Positions 19,494 to 29,118 of a DNA stretch of 64,000 bases are shown in pieces. The position numbers and the translations under genes are program-made. Position 1 is the first letter of the stretch; every line of letters begins with the position of its first letter. The notes under the pieces are model-generated. The model saw only the letters and a program-made list of their open reading frames with translations, searched no databases and was not told the DNA's origin. This stretch comes from Terriglobales bacterium. Its GTDB lineage: Bacteria > Acidobacteriota > Terriglobia > Terriglobales > Acidobacteriaceae. The stretch covers positions 71,786 through 135,785 of the forward strand of contig DATGGT010000123.1 in the NCBI GenBank assembly GCA_035308395.1. Reading direction: 5' to 3'.

Positions 19494-20885
19494 ATGATCG
19501 TCAATTTCGCGCGGCGAGCGCATAACCACAACTGGGAACTCGACCCGGTCACCCGGTCTTTGCTTGACACTGACTTCTACAAGCTACTGATGTTGCAGTT
19601 CATCTGGAAGCATTACCCGAAAACCAAGGTGTCGTTCTCGCTATTTAACCGCACGACCTCCGTGCGCCTCGCTGACATGTTTCCGCGCGAAGAACTGATC
19701 CATCAGATGGAACACGCGCGCGAATTGCGCTTTCGGCGGTCGGAACTGGTTTGGCTCGCGGGCAATACGTTTTACGGACGCCGCGGAATCTTTGAGCCCG
19801 CATTTCTGGAATGGCTGGAAAAGGACTTCCGGTTGTCCGACTACGAACTTTCGGTTCGGGACGGTCAATTTCATCTCGCGTTCGACGGTCTTTGGACCGA
19901 GACGACCATGTGGGAACTTTATGCGCTTTCAATTCTCGACGAACTCAAGACCAGAGCTGGTCTAAAAAAGCTGCGCGAGTTCGGACTCGATATTTTGTAT
20001 GCCAGAGCCAAGACAAAGCTATGGAGCAAGATCGAGCGCTTGCGGAGCGTACCCGATTTGGCGGTTGCCGATTTCGGCACTCGCCGCCGGCATAGTTTTC
20101 TGTGGCAGGAATACGTCGTCAGCGCCATGGCGGCGAATCTCGGCAGCTCGTTCACAGGAACTTCGAACGCATTTCTCGCCCATAAGCACGATCTTGAGGC
20201 GATCGGCACCAACGCCCACGAGATCCCGATGGTGCTCGCCGCCCTCGTGCCCGACGGAGACGATGATGCCCTGAGAGCTTCGCAGTATCGTGTCCTCGAA
20301 CTCTGGCAGTCGACTTACGATGGCGCACTGCGGATCATGTTGCCGGATACGTTTGGCACGACGCAGTTTCTCGAAAACGCTCCCGAGTGGGCCGCCGATT
20401 GGACGGGTCAACGCATCGATAGCAAGAATCCCTACATCGGAGGCGACGAGTACATCGCGTGGCTCAAGGCGCGCGGACGGAATCCTGCTGAGAAGCGCAT
20501 TATTGCTTCGGACGCGCTTGACGTCGACGACATTCTTGGACTGCACGCTTATTTTGGAGGAGCGATGGCCAACGGCGTTGCCCCGGCCGACTTTCGCAAC
20601 GCAGCCGATTTCCTGGATCGCACAAAGTGGACACCGGAACGGCGGATTCGCTTCAGCGCAGGCTGGGGAACTCTGCTCACCAACGATTTCCGGAGCTGCG
20701 ATCCGGCAGGCGGCGGTGACTTTGACCCGGTCAGCCTGATCTGCAAGGTCGCGACGGTTGAAGGCAAGCCAGCGGTCAAGCTCTCCGACAACTATGCCAA
20801 GGCGCTCGGGACGCCGTCTGAAATCGAACGCTATCGGCGCGTGTTTGGGACGGCTGGAGTCAGCAACAAGCCGGTGATTGCGTGA
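19494..20885 (+). CDS. pncB: Nicotinate phosphoribosyltransferase
   Basis: LLDTDFYKLLMLQFIWKHYP..., FGTRRRHSF, AIGTNAHE. Confidence 0.9.
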   Translation: MIVNFARRAHNHNWELDPVTRSLLDTDFYKLLMLQFIWKHYPKTKVSFSLFNRTTSVRLADMFPREELIHQMEHARELRFRRSELVWLAGNTFYGRRGIFEPAFLEWLEKDFRLSDYELSVRDGQFHLAFDGLWTETTMWELYALSILDELKTRAGLKKLREFGLDILYARAKTKLWSKIERLRSVPDLAVADFGTRRRHSFLWQEYVVSAMAANLGSSFTGTSNAFLAHKHDLEAIGTNAHEIPMVLAALVPDGDDDALRASQYRVLELWQSTYDGALRIMLPDTFGTTQFLENAPEWAADWTGQRIDSKNPYIGGDEYIAWLKARGRNPAEKRIIASDALDVDDILGLHAYFGGAMANGVAPADFRNAADFLDRTKWTPERRIRFSAGWGTLLTNDFRSCDPAGGGDFDPVSLICKVATVEGKPAVKLSDNYAKALGTPSEIERYRRVFGTAGVSNKPVIA

Positions 20886-20923
20886 GCGGGGTCCAAGAGC
20901 GGAGCCTATGATTGAATCGCTCG

Positions 20924-21763
20924 ATGCCTGTCGATAAACCGTTCACGCCTGACTTTCTCTACGGCACAGCCTGGAAAGAAGATCGCACCGCGGCTCTGGT
21001 TGAGCTGGCGATTCGCGCAGGATTTCGGGCCATTGATACGGCGAATCAACGCCGCCACTATTTTGAAGAAGGCGTGGGTCAGGGACTGGCGGCCATGTAT
21101 CGCGATGGGCTCGTCACGAGGGACCAACTTTTTCTGCAAACGAAATTTACCTATCAGCGCGGCCAGGACCATCGCTTGCCTTACGATCCGGTCGCGTCAC
21201 TTTCAGTTCAAGTCGCGCAGTCGATGGCGAGTTCGCTCGAGCATCTTGGGACTGACCACGTCGACAGTTATGTGTTGCATGGACCCTCCTCGAATTACGA
21301 CTGGACCTCCGACGATGCCGAGGTTTGGGAGGCGATGCGCAAGGAACGCGATGCCGGCAGGACGCGTCTGCTGGGCGTGAGTAATGTTTCTCTAAGCCAC
21401 CTGGAGCAGATGGCGGCGGCTGGAAGTGAACTTCCAGCGTTTGTGCAGAACCGGTCCTACGCCAGGCTGGGCTGGGATCGCGAGGTCCGCATGTTCTGCA
21501 ACGAGAATGACCGAAAAATTGTTTATCAGGGATTCTCGCTTCTTACCGCAAATCGGGACGTGCTACAGCATCCTTCGATCGCTGATCTCGCCGAGGCCGC
21601 CAATGCGACACCGGCTCAGCTCATATTTGCTTTTGCGCGGGCCATTCGGATACTTCCGTTGACCGGAACTTCCAACGCCGAGCACATGAAGCAGGATTTA
21701 CAGAGTCGCGAAATCGAGCTTACGGACGAGGCCGTAGCCGCTATCGAATCCATGGCCGGTTAG
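20924..21763 (+). CDS. Aldo/keto reductase
   Basis: FLYGTAWKEDRT...GFRAIDTANQRRHYFEEGVG...TDHVDSYVLHGP. Start is either TTG 20912 or ATG 20924. Confidence 0.85.
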   Translation: MPVDKPFTPDFLYGTAWKEDRTAALVELAIRAGFRAIDTANQRRHYFEEGVGQGLAAMYRDGLVTRDQLFLQTKFTYQRGQDHRLPYDPVASLSVQVAQSMASSLEHLGTDHVDSYVLHGPSSNYDWTSDDAEVWEAMRKERDAGRTRLLGVSNVSLSHLEQMAAAGSELPAFVQNRSYARLGWDREVRMFCNENDRKIVYQGFSLLTANRDVLQHPSIADLAEAANATPAQLIFAFARAIRILPLTGTSNAEHMKQDLQSREIELTDEAVAAIESMAG

Positions 21764-21786
21764 CCTTACCTCGATTGACCCCGCGC

Positions 21787-23547
21787 TTACTTGCCTTGCG
21801 CGACCGCCTCGCGTTCACCGACCTGCTGACGCCACATCGCGTAGTACAGGCCTTTTCTGTCGAGGAGTTCCGAGTGCCGCCCATATTCGCAGATCTGGCC
21901 GCGCTCGAGAACATAGATGCGATCGGCGTGCATCACCGTGGAAAGGCGATGGGCAATCAGAATCGTGATCGCCTCTTGATTCATGGCGACTTCGCGAATT
22001 GTGCGGCTGATTTCTTCTTCGGTGAGCGAATCGAGCGAAGAAGTCGCCTCGTCGAATACCAGCAACTGCGGATGGCGCAGAAGGGCGCGCGCAATCGAGA
22101 GGCGCTGTTTTTCACCTCCTGAAACTTTCACTCCCCCTTCGCCGATGAGAGTGTCTAGCCCGCGGTCGGCGCGCGAGAGGAGGCTGTGCGCAGCGGCCTG
22201 ATTCAGAACCTCCATGCACTCTTCGTCCGTTGCCTTCGGATTTACGAAGAGGAGATTCTCGCGGATCGAACCCGAGAAAAGCTGCGTGTCTTGCGTAACA
22301 AACCCAATTTTTTCACGCAGCAGGTCCAGATCGACGCGATTGGACGGAATGCCGTTGTAAAGAATCTCTCCCGACTTCGGAGCATACAAACCGACGAGCA
22401 GCTTCACCAGAGTAGACTTCCCCGCCCCCGACGGTCCGACGAATGCGATCGTGTCTCCGCGGGCCGCACTGAATCCAATCTCGTCCAATGCCAGCATCGA
22501 CGAACTCTGATGCTGGAAACTAACCTGGTCGAACTGCAAGGTCATGAGTTCGTCGACCGGCTCCGGGTTCAGAGGCTTTGGATCGCGCGGGGTATCGAGG
22601 ATCTGCTGAAAGTTCTGCAGAGAGACTTCGGTTTCACGATAAATGTTGATGACGTTGCCTAGCTCCTGCAGTGGGGTAAAAATAAAGAACGAATAAATCA
22701 TCAGAGAGAAGAATTGCCCGATGGTGATTTCTTGTCGGAAGATTAAATACAGCATTAAGAACAAAATGCTGGTTCGCAGCGCGTTGACGGCCGTCCCCTG
22801 AATGAAACTCAGGCTGCGCAGATACTTCACCTTCTTGAGTTCGAGCTTGAGAATTTTTTCCGTGATCCCGTTCAGTCGTCCGACTTCCTGATGGGCCAAA
22901 CCCAGGCTCTTCACGAGTTCAATGTTGCGCAGCGACTCGGTCGTGGAACCAGCCAGGGCAGTGGTTTCGGCGACAATCGTCTTCTGCATTTTCTTGATGC
23001 GCTTGCTGAGGACGGAACTGATTACGCCGAGCAACGGAACCGTAATCAGAAATGCCGGCGCAATCGACCAATGCACCCGGAAGGCATAGATCATCACAAA
23101 GAAAATGCCGACGACGGAAATGAAAACGATATTGATAAGCGCGGTAATAAATCGCTCTACATCGCTGCGGACTTTTTGCAGCTTGCCCAGGGTTTCTCCG
23201 CTCCGTTGGTCTTCGAAGACCTGGTAGGGCAAATCCAGAGAATGGCGGATGCCATCCGAATACATCTTGGCTCCCAGCCGCTGCACGATGACGTTGACAA
23301 AGTAGTCCTGAAAATTCTTGGCGACCCGCGACACAAAAGCCACCCCGACCGCAGCCATCAACAACAGGCCCGCTCCGCGAATAAATTGCGCCTGCGTGTA
23401 CTGGTGATACTTTGTCGCGTAGCTGTCGATCACATGCCGAAAAATGAGAGGATCGAGGAGCGAAAAGATTTGATTGGTAGCGGCCAGAAGTAGAGCGGCC
23501 AGAAATAGTTTCCAATACTGCTTGGAATAACGGTAAAGAAGATCCAT
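21787..23547 (-). CDS. ABC exporter, fused permease/ATPase (MsbA-like type I)
   Basis: Six-TM N-domain, then Walker A GPSGAGKST, signature VSGGEKQRLSIAR, Walker B LLVFDEATSSLD. Confidence 0.9.
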   Translation of the reverse strand: MDLLYRYSKQYWKLFLAALLLAATNQIFSLLDPLIFRHVIDSYATKYHQYTQAQFIRGAGLLLMAAVGVAFVSRVAKNFQDYFVNVIVQRLGAKMYSDGIRHSLDLPYQVFEDQRSGETLGKLQKVRSDVERFITALINIVFISVVGIFFVMIYAFRVHWSIAPAFLITVPLLGVISSVLSKRIKKMQKTIVAETTALAGSTTESLRNIELVKSLGLAHQEVGRLNGITEKILKLELKKVKYLRSLSFIQGTAVNALRTSILFLMLYLIFRQEITIGQFFSLMIYSFFIFTPLQELGNVINIYRETEVSLQNFQQILDTPRDPKPLNPEPVDELMTLQFDQVSFQHQSSSMLALDEIGFSAARGDTIAFVGPSGAGKSTLVKLLVGLYAPKSGEILYNGIPSNRVDLDLLREKIGFVTQDTQLFSGSIRENLLFVNPKATDEECMEVLNQAAAHSLLSRADRGLDTLIGEGGVKVSGGEKQRLSIARALLRHPQLLVFDEATSSLDSLTEEEISRTIREVAMNQEAITILIAHRLSTVMHADRIYVLERGQICEYGRHSELLDRKGLYYAMWRQQVGEREAVAQGK

Positions 23548-23653
23548 AGGCGTCAGCGAGCGCTTACTTAGACGATTTCTTTTAGATGGCGCCGCTGACC
23601 CTCTCGATTCACGATCCGCCAGGTGGGCGGAAGGCCTCAGAGGTCAGTTTGCC

Positions 23654-24016
23654 TCAGGCTGTGCCGGTGTTGGCTAACGCCTCGACGGCTTCCCACGTGG
23701 TGCCGAAGGTCACGAAGAAATCGCTCACCTTGGTGATATCCATGATCTTTTTCACACGCGGCTTGACGCCGGTCAACACGAGGCACCGGCCGGTCTTCTG
23801 GTGCGAAACGTAGGCCGCCACCAGAGAACCCAATCCCACGGAATCGATGTAGGGCACATCCGACAAATCGAGGATCATCGTGTCGGCACACTCGTGGTGC
23901 ACTGCGCGTTCGAATTGAGGCGCGGTTTCCATTGTGATCGGTCCGCGCAGCAAGAGAATTCGCTGATCGTCCGCCACTCCTTCGTAACGTTCGACGGTTA
24001 ATTCTTGTACGGCCAT
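23654..24016 (-). CDS. STAS-domain protein (anti-sigma-factor antagonist-like)
   Basis: ILDLSDVPYIDSVGLGSLVAAYV...LVLTGVKPRVKKIMDITKV. No RsbW- or RsbU-type partner adjacent. Confidence 0.8.
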   Translation of the reverse strand: MAVQELTVERYEGVADDQRILLLRGPITMETAPQFERAVHHECADTMILDLSDVPYIDSVGLGSLVAAYVSHQKTGRCLVLTGVKPRVKKIMDITKVSDFFVTFGTTWEAVEALANTGTA

Positions 24017-24109
24017 GGCAGGGTGATTGTAGGACACTCAGCCCTCCCTGTCACCTGTTGCCAGAAACATACTTAGCCGCGGTTGCCCGGCCCATGGCCG
24101 CAATCGGCG

Positions 24110-24535
24110 CTATTGCGGCTTTTTGTCGTCGTAGATTGAGTACTGCCCGGCCGGATGCTTCAGCTTTACAGTGATCTCCAGTTCGGCTTTGTTGATCTCA
24201 TAGTCCTCTCCGAACGTCTGGAAATGCGGCATCAGCACCTGCACACGCAACGGACCGTAGGGTATTCCATCGACGCTGGTCTTGCCTTCCGCATCCGTTT
24301 TCAATTCGATTTCGCCCTTGGCCTGTTTCCCCTTGCGTTGCACGGGATGCAGAACCACCTCGGCGTTCCTCACGGGCTTGCCGTCGGAATCGCGAACCAC
24401 GACAAATCGCACACTCGACGTCGGCCCGTCGCCATCCTGAGCCATTGCCAAGCCAGCGGCAAATATAAAGACAAACACCATGGCCGCCGCAACGGCCAAT
24501 GCGAGTTTCAATTTCCCTTCCCTGGGTCGCTTCAT
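24110..24535 (-). CDS. Small secreted beta-sandwich protein (carboxypeptidase-regulatory-like), paralog A
   Basis: Signal peptide, then VRFVVVRDSDGKPVRNAEVVLHPV...ELKTDAEGKTSVDGIPYGPLRVQV. Start set at the internal ATG 24535. Confidence 0.6.
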   Translation of the reverse strand: MKRPREGKLKLALAVAAAMVFVFIFAAGLAMAQDGDGPTSSVRFVVVRDSDGKPVRNAEVVLHPVQRKGKQAKGEIELKTDAEGKTSVDGIPYGPLRVQVLMPHFQTFGEDYEINKAELEITVKLKHPAGQYSIYDDKKPQ

Positions 24536-24581
24536 TATTCCTGGCTCCGTATTTCTTGGCTCCGTCGTAACGCAATTGGTC

Positions 24582-25049
24582 TTATTGCGGGGGTTTCGGT
24601 TCCGCCGGTTTTTGGTCGGCGGGTTTTTGCTCATCAGACTTCTTCATGTCTCCGTGGTTATCGTAGATGGAGTACTGCCCGCCGGGCCGTTTCAGCTTCA
24701 CGGTGATTTGCATTTCCGCTTTGTCGATGCGGTAGTCTTCCCCAAAAGTCTGGAACCCGGGCGCCAACACCTGAATTCGCAGAGGACCGTACGGAATCCC
24801 GTCAATGTTGGTCTTCCCATCGTTATCCGTTTTCAGCTCCAGGCCTCCGCGCGCCTGATTCCCCTTTTTGGTCACGGGATGCAAGACCACGGCCGCGTTC
24901 CTCACGGGTTTGCCGTTGTAATCTCGCACAACCACGAAATACAGATTTGACATCGGCCCATCATCACTCTGAGCTGTCGCAAATCCCGCCAAGCTAAACC
25001 CGAGCACGATCGCCACGAAAATCGAGAAGCATTTCCCCATGCCGACCAT
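24582..25049 (-). CDS. Small secreted beta-sandwich protein (carboxypeptidase-regulatory-like), paralog B
   Basis: LYFVVVRDYNGKPVRNAAVVLHPV...ELKTDNDGKTNIDGIPYGPLRIQV is colinear with paralog A. Adds a K/P/E-rich tail. Confidence 0.6.
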   Translation of the reverse strand: MVGMGKCFSIFVAIVLGFSLAGFATAQSDDGPMSNLYFVVVRDYNGKPVRNAAVVLHPVTKKGNQARGGLELKTDNDGKTNIDGIPYGPLRIQVLAPGFQTFGEDYRIDKAEMQITVKLKRPGGQYSIYDNHGDMKKSDEQKPADQKPAEPKPPQ

Positions 25050-25100
25050 TCTAGAACTGAACTCGCTTGTCGAGCATATTAAAAGCTCGCGATTCAGGAA

Positions 25101-26423
25101 TCAGTCAGGAAGCGCAAAGCTGAGGGTCACGTCGGTCTGGAACTGAGCGGGACGGTCATGGAGACGATACGGCTGGTACCGCCAACTTCGAACTGCGTCA
25201 GCGGCGGCGGGAGTAAGGAGTGGATCTCCGCTGAGCGCGCGAACGGAAGCAACGGATCCGTCTTCGGCGACCTGCACTTCGAGGACTACGTTGCCGACGC
25301 GGTGCTCGGCAAGAGCTTCCGTGGGATATTGAGGCTCTGTGCGGCTCAACAACCGCGATTCGGCTTGGGACGGGGCCAGCCAAATACTTTGGAATCGGGC
25401 CATCCGGGTTGTAGAGGACGCTTCTACGATGGAATCACTTTTCGACTTGTTGGTATCCCCCTGAGCGGGGGCTGGCTTCATGCGAAAGACAACTTTCCCT
25501 TTTTCGTAGACCACCAGTTCGTCTTCGGGTGCTCGGGCTATCGCAGGTTTTGCGGTTGCCGCGCGCGTCGACTTTGCGTCGGGGGATTTGGCAGCCATCC
25601 TCGACCCAGATCCAACGCGCGTTCCGGCCGGAGTCGATTGCGCGGACTGAGCGTGAAATCCACCGGCTCGAAGCCACCCGATGCGCGAACCGATCAGGAA
25701 ACTGACGCTGATGGTGGCGAGGATGGCGAGTGCTCCAAGGGCTAATGTCCAGGCTTCGTAGGGCCTGCGAAGCGTCCGCGGAGCGCCGGGCAGCAAGCCC
25801 TCCGCCGGCAAAACCTCGGGAGAAATGACCGCTGGAACCGATTTGCGCTGACTAAGATCAGCGGCAGCGCGGCGAATGCGGACGCAGTCTTCGGCGAATC
25901 CTTCCAGCCGCTTTTGGTCCGCGTGCGAGAAGGCCGCGGGAGAACTGGAGAAGACTTCGAGCACGCCGGCGAATGGGGCGATGCGATCCTTACTTTTTTC
26001 ACCGGTATTGTTCTCGTCCACGCTTTCAAAGATAGGAACGATAAGGATGGAGCGAATACCGATGCGGCGCGACACGGCTGGATCGACGCGAGGATCGAAC
26101 TCGGTATCGACCGACAACTGGGGCTGACGCGTCTGAAGACATGCGCCCGAGAGGCCGTCGCGTGTGCTGAGAGGAACACCGAGGTCTGGAGCAAGTTCTC
26201 CGGTGGCGGCGCGGCAAACCATTTCGTCTCCTCGGGTGAGCGCGATGGCAGCGGCACTGGCACGCGTGGCTTCGGCAGCGCGAACAACAAGTTCGTTGAG
26301 AACTAAATCGAGACACAGATCAGGGGGAAATCCGGCGAGGATGTGCTGTTCAAGCAGACGACTCAACTCAAGATGCGAATCGTCAGGGCGGAACTCGGTC
26401 CTCGACATAGGTGGCGGGAACAT
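25101..26423 (-). CDS. GAF-like domain, TM, linker, TonB C-terminal domain protein
   Basis: N-terminal GAF-like region (AAAIALTRGDEMVCRAATGE...IRSILIVPIFE), TM AWTLALGALAILATISVSFLIG, C-terminal EPQYPTEALAEHRVGNVVLEVQVAEDGSVASVRAL...AVRSWRYQP. Confidence 0.7.
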   Translation of the reverse strand: MFPPPMSRTEFRPDDSHLELSRLLEQHILAGFPPDLCLDLVLNELVVRAAEATRASAAAIALTRGDEMVCRAATGELAPDLGVPLSTRDGLSGACLQTRQPQLSVDTEFDPRVDPAVSRRIGIRSILIVPIFESVDENNTGEKSKDRIAPFAGVLEVFSSSPAAFSHADQKRLEGFAEDCVRIRRAAADLSQRKSVPAVISPEVLPAEGLLPGAPRTLRRPYEAWTLALGALAILATISVSFLIGSRIGWLRAGGFHAQSAQSTPAGTRVGSGSRMAAKSPDAKSTRAATAKPAIARAPEDELVVYEKGKVVFRMKPAPAQGDTNKSKSDSIVEASSTTRMARFQSIWLAPSQAESRLLSRTEPQYPTEALAEHRVGNVVLEVQVAEDGSVASVRALSGDPLLTPAAADAVRSWRYQPYRLHDRPAQFQTDVTLSFALPD

Positions 26424-26601
26424 AGCGTGTTCCGGTGGCCAGCACGCATGCGCTTAAAAGCAGGCTCAGTGGCGAGTTTCCCCCGAAATCGAGGCGAAGT
26501 CAATCGGCCGCGTGAGCCAGGCATCCTTCGGGCACCCGCCGGACTCAGGGATAGGACCAACTCGGGAAGGCGACGCCAGTCATTATTCTCCCGCCCCGCG
26601 T

Positions 26602-29118
26602 CTACTGAGCCGTTTCGGTGAAGACGGCAGCGTTCGAAACTCCGGCGACAGTGGCGCTAATTGTGACCACACCGGGATGGGCGGGTAGCACATAGACCTG
26701 CGTCGCGATACCGGAATTGTTGGTCACGAACGGATTGTTGTTCAGGAAAGAACCACCCGCGCCGCCATCGTCAAAACTCACAGAGACGCCAGGCGTCGGA
26801 TTACCGTACTGGTCAGTTACGGCCACGGTCAGAGACTGAGGCAGTTGTGTCCCAGCGGGCGCAGACTGATTGTTTCCATTGCCGACTGTCGCAGTTGCAG
26901 GCGGCCCGGGAACAGAATTCTCCGCCAATGTCACATTCTTAAAGCCGGTGGAACTGGCGGTGACGGTGATGGCAGCGACGGTGGTAGGCAGTTGTAATGT
27001 CGTGCTCGCCAATCCGTTGGTACCCGTGACGAAGGAAGCGGGATTCGGAACCGCCCCTTTGTTTGCCACGAAGTTGACCGTGACGCCTGCAACACCGTTC
27101 TTAAGTGCGTCCTGTGCCTGGACGATAATCGGTTTGGGGAGTGTGGTACCAGCAGCCCCACTTTGCTTCGCTCCGCTGTAGTTGACAATCTTGATGGCGG
27201 CGCCGGCCGTAGCCGTGGCAGTCGTGGTAACGCTGCTGAAGCCCGTTCCCGACATCGTAAGAGTATAGGTGCCCGCTTTGTTCGGAACCGTGTAACTGGT
27301 CGAGGCGTTGCCGTTCGAGTCGGTGACGACGGAGGCTGGATTGAACACGCCACCCTTGCCGCCATCGGTGAAGGTTACGGTGGCGCCGACATCAGGCACT
27401 CCGTTGTAAGGGTTCGCCACGTTGATTTGAATGGGCGAAGGCAACCCTGTGCCCACGGTAGCCGTCTGCGTCGCGCCTCCTGTAAGCGTGACGGCGTGGA
27501 ACAGTCCATAGGCCACCAGACTCGTTTGGGTGCCGACATAAACGTGGCCGTCCGCTACGGTCTGGGTCGCGAAGTGACCGAGGGCCGTCAACTTGTCGCG
27601 CCCGCCCACCGCTTGGTTCGTGGTGTACAGCAATTTCATCGAAACCGCATCGAACGCCACGATTTCCGTGCCGCTGATCACCCACAATATTCCGTTGGTG
27701 TTGCCGTTTGCGGAAATGGACGGCGAGTGCGCGCCCGCGTACTTCCCCACCGAGATGGGAGTTCCGAGGAGTCCACCGGACAAGGGAAAGGCCAAGATCG
27801 GCGATGCATCCGGAGCGAAATAGACAGTGTTGTTCCAATAGGCAGGCGAGGCGAACAAAACGTCGTCGGTCCGGGTCGGGACCAAGGTGATTTCCTGCAA
27901 GACCAAACTGTCGGCGGGCGAAAACATGCCCATGTTATCCCGGTTCAGCACGTAGACAACGCCTTGCTTGCCGCCGACAACCAGTTCATGGGGATAAGGG
28001 CCATTCTGATCGGGGAGAACCAGAGCCCCCACAGAACTCAAATCGAGGTCGTGCGAGTTGAGATATGCAACGCTCGCTGGGGTGAAATAATCGGCGAGAG
28101 CTAACTCTGGCGTAAATTTCAGAGCGCTCATGCAGTAAGTCTGCCCGCCGTTCGGTACATCGTACCCGTGCGAGCCCGCCTCGGAAGTTTCCACGTAGAC
28201 GTATCCATCCTCGTCGGCCGCAATGCCGTTGCCTGCTTGCCAAATAGAGGTTATGCCCCAGTCGGGCGAGACATTGAAGGAAGCAAGTTGTGACAGACTG
28301 CCGGGATCGTAGGAAAGGAGCCATCCCGTGTTATCGTCGTCGCAAAAATTTGACCCGAAGCCCATGTAAAGCACACCATTCAGCAGCAACAGACCGGGGC
28401 GGTTCTTTTGGTGGAGACTGTTAAATACAGTGACGTGACCTTTGTTGCTCGTACTGGTCGCCGTAATCAGCACGGGGCTCCCGGGCTGTTCGGCGCCGGT
28501 TGTCATGTCAAGGGCGTGAAGATGGTGACGAACGGTGCCGTTGAGCTGAGTCTTGGCCACGAGATATATCGTGCCAGCCGGACCGGCCGTAGGGTCAATG
28601 ACCGGAGTTGAGACGATCCCTTCCTGAGTAAATCCGGGGCCGCTGCCACAGGGCAGATACTGGCCACTGGCCGTCGTGCCTCCCACGTTGAGCATACTGG
28701 CATACCACAGTTGGGTGCCGTTGGTGGCGTCGACGGCGTACACCGAATCGGCCTGGGTGACGACATACACCACGTTGTGGACTCCCTGCCCAGGGATGTT
28801 TACACCCGGCATGTAGAGCGGTTGCGCCATCACGATGTAGTCCACCGGAAAGGTAAAAAGCTTGCCAAAACCTGCGGAGTTCACATTCGCAGGCGTGAGG
28901 AGAGTTTCACTCGTGTTGGCACCCCTGCGGGTATTGTCCCCGCGACTCGTCAGCATGGGAGTTTGCGCAAGCGAAGAACCTACCAGAGCGAGGCACAGGA
29001 CAAACATGGACGCAGAGAGGTTCAGGAAGCGGGTCGAACCGGATTTCGCACATTCTCGAGATCGCGAAGAAACTCCGGAAATTACACTTGCGTAGGGGAG
29101 TGACAAAAAACGGCGCAT
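26602..29118 (-). CDS. Secreted PQQ-like beta-propeller protein with C-terminal tandem Ig-like (Big_1-type) domains
   Basis: Signal MFVLCLALVGSSLAQ, propeller blades (VYVVTQADSVYAVDATNGTQLW...), then repeated about 95-aa units (GAAGTTLPKPIIVQAQDALKNGVAGVTVNF.., APAGTQLPQSLTVAVTDQYGNPTPGVSVSF..). Confidence 0.75.
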   Translation of the reverse strand: MRRFLSLPYASVISGVSSRSRECAKSGSTRFLNLSASMFVLCLALVGSSLAQTPMLTSRGDNTRRGANTSETLLTPANVNSAGFGKLFTFPVDYIVMAQPLYMPGVNIPGQGVHNVVYVVTQADSVYAVDATNGTQLWYASMLNVGGTTASGQYLPCGSGPGFTQEGIVSTPVIDPTAGPAGTIYLVAKTQLNGTVRHHLHALDMTTGAEQPGSPVLITATSTSNKGHVTVFNSLHQKNRPGLLLLNGVLYMGFGSNFCDDDNTGWLLSYDPGSLSQLASFNVSPDWGITSIWQAGNGIAADEDGYVYVETSEAGSHGYDVPNGGQTYCMSALKFTPELALADYFTPASVAYLNSHDLDLSSVGALVLPDQNGPYPHELVVGGKQGVVYVLNRDNMGMFSPADSLVLQEITLVPTRTDDVLFASPAYWNNTVYFAPDASPILAFPLSGGLLGTPISVGKYAGAHSPSISANGNTNGILWVISGTEIVAFDAVSMKLLYTTNQAVGGRDKLTALGHFATQTVADGHVYVGTQTSLVAYGLFHAVTLTGGATQTATVGTGLPSPIQINVANPYNGVPDVGATVTFTDGGKGGVFNPASVVTDSNGNASTSYTVPNKAGTYTLTMSGTGFSSVTTTATATAGAAIKIVNYSGAKQSGAAGTTLPKPIIVQAQDALKNGVAGVTVNFVANKGAVPNPASFVTGTNGLASTTLQLPTTVAAITVTASSTGFKNVTLAENSVPGPPATATVGNGNNQSAPAGTQLPQSLTVAVTDQYGNPTPGVSVSFDDGGAGGSFLNNNPFVTNNSGIATQVYVLPAHPGVVTISATVAGVSNAAVFTETAQ

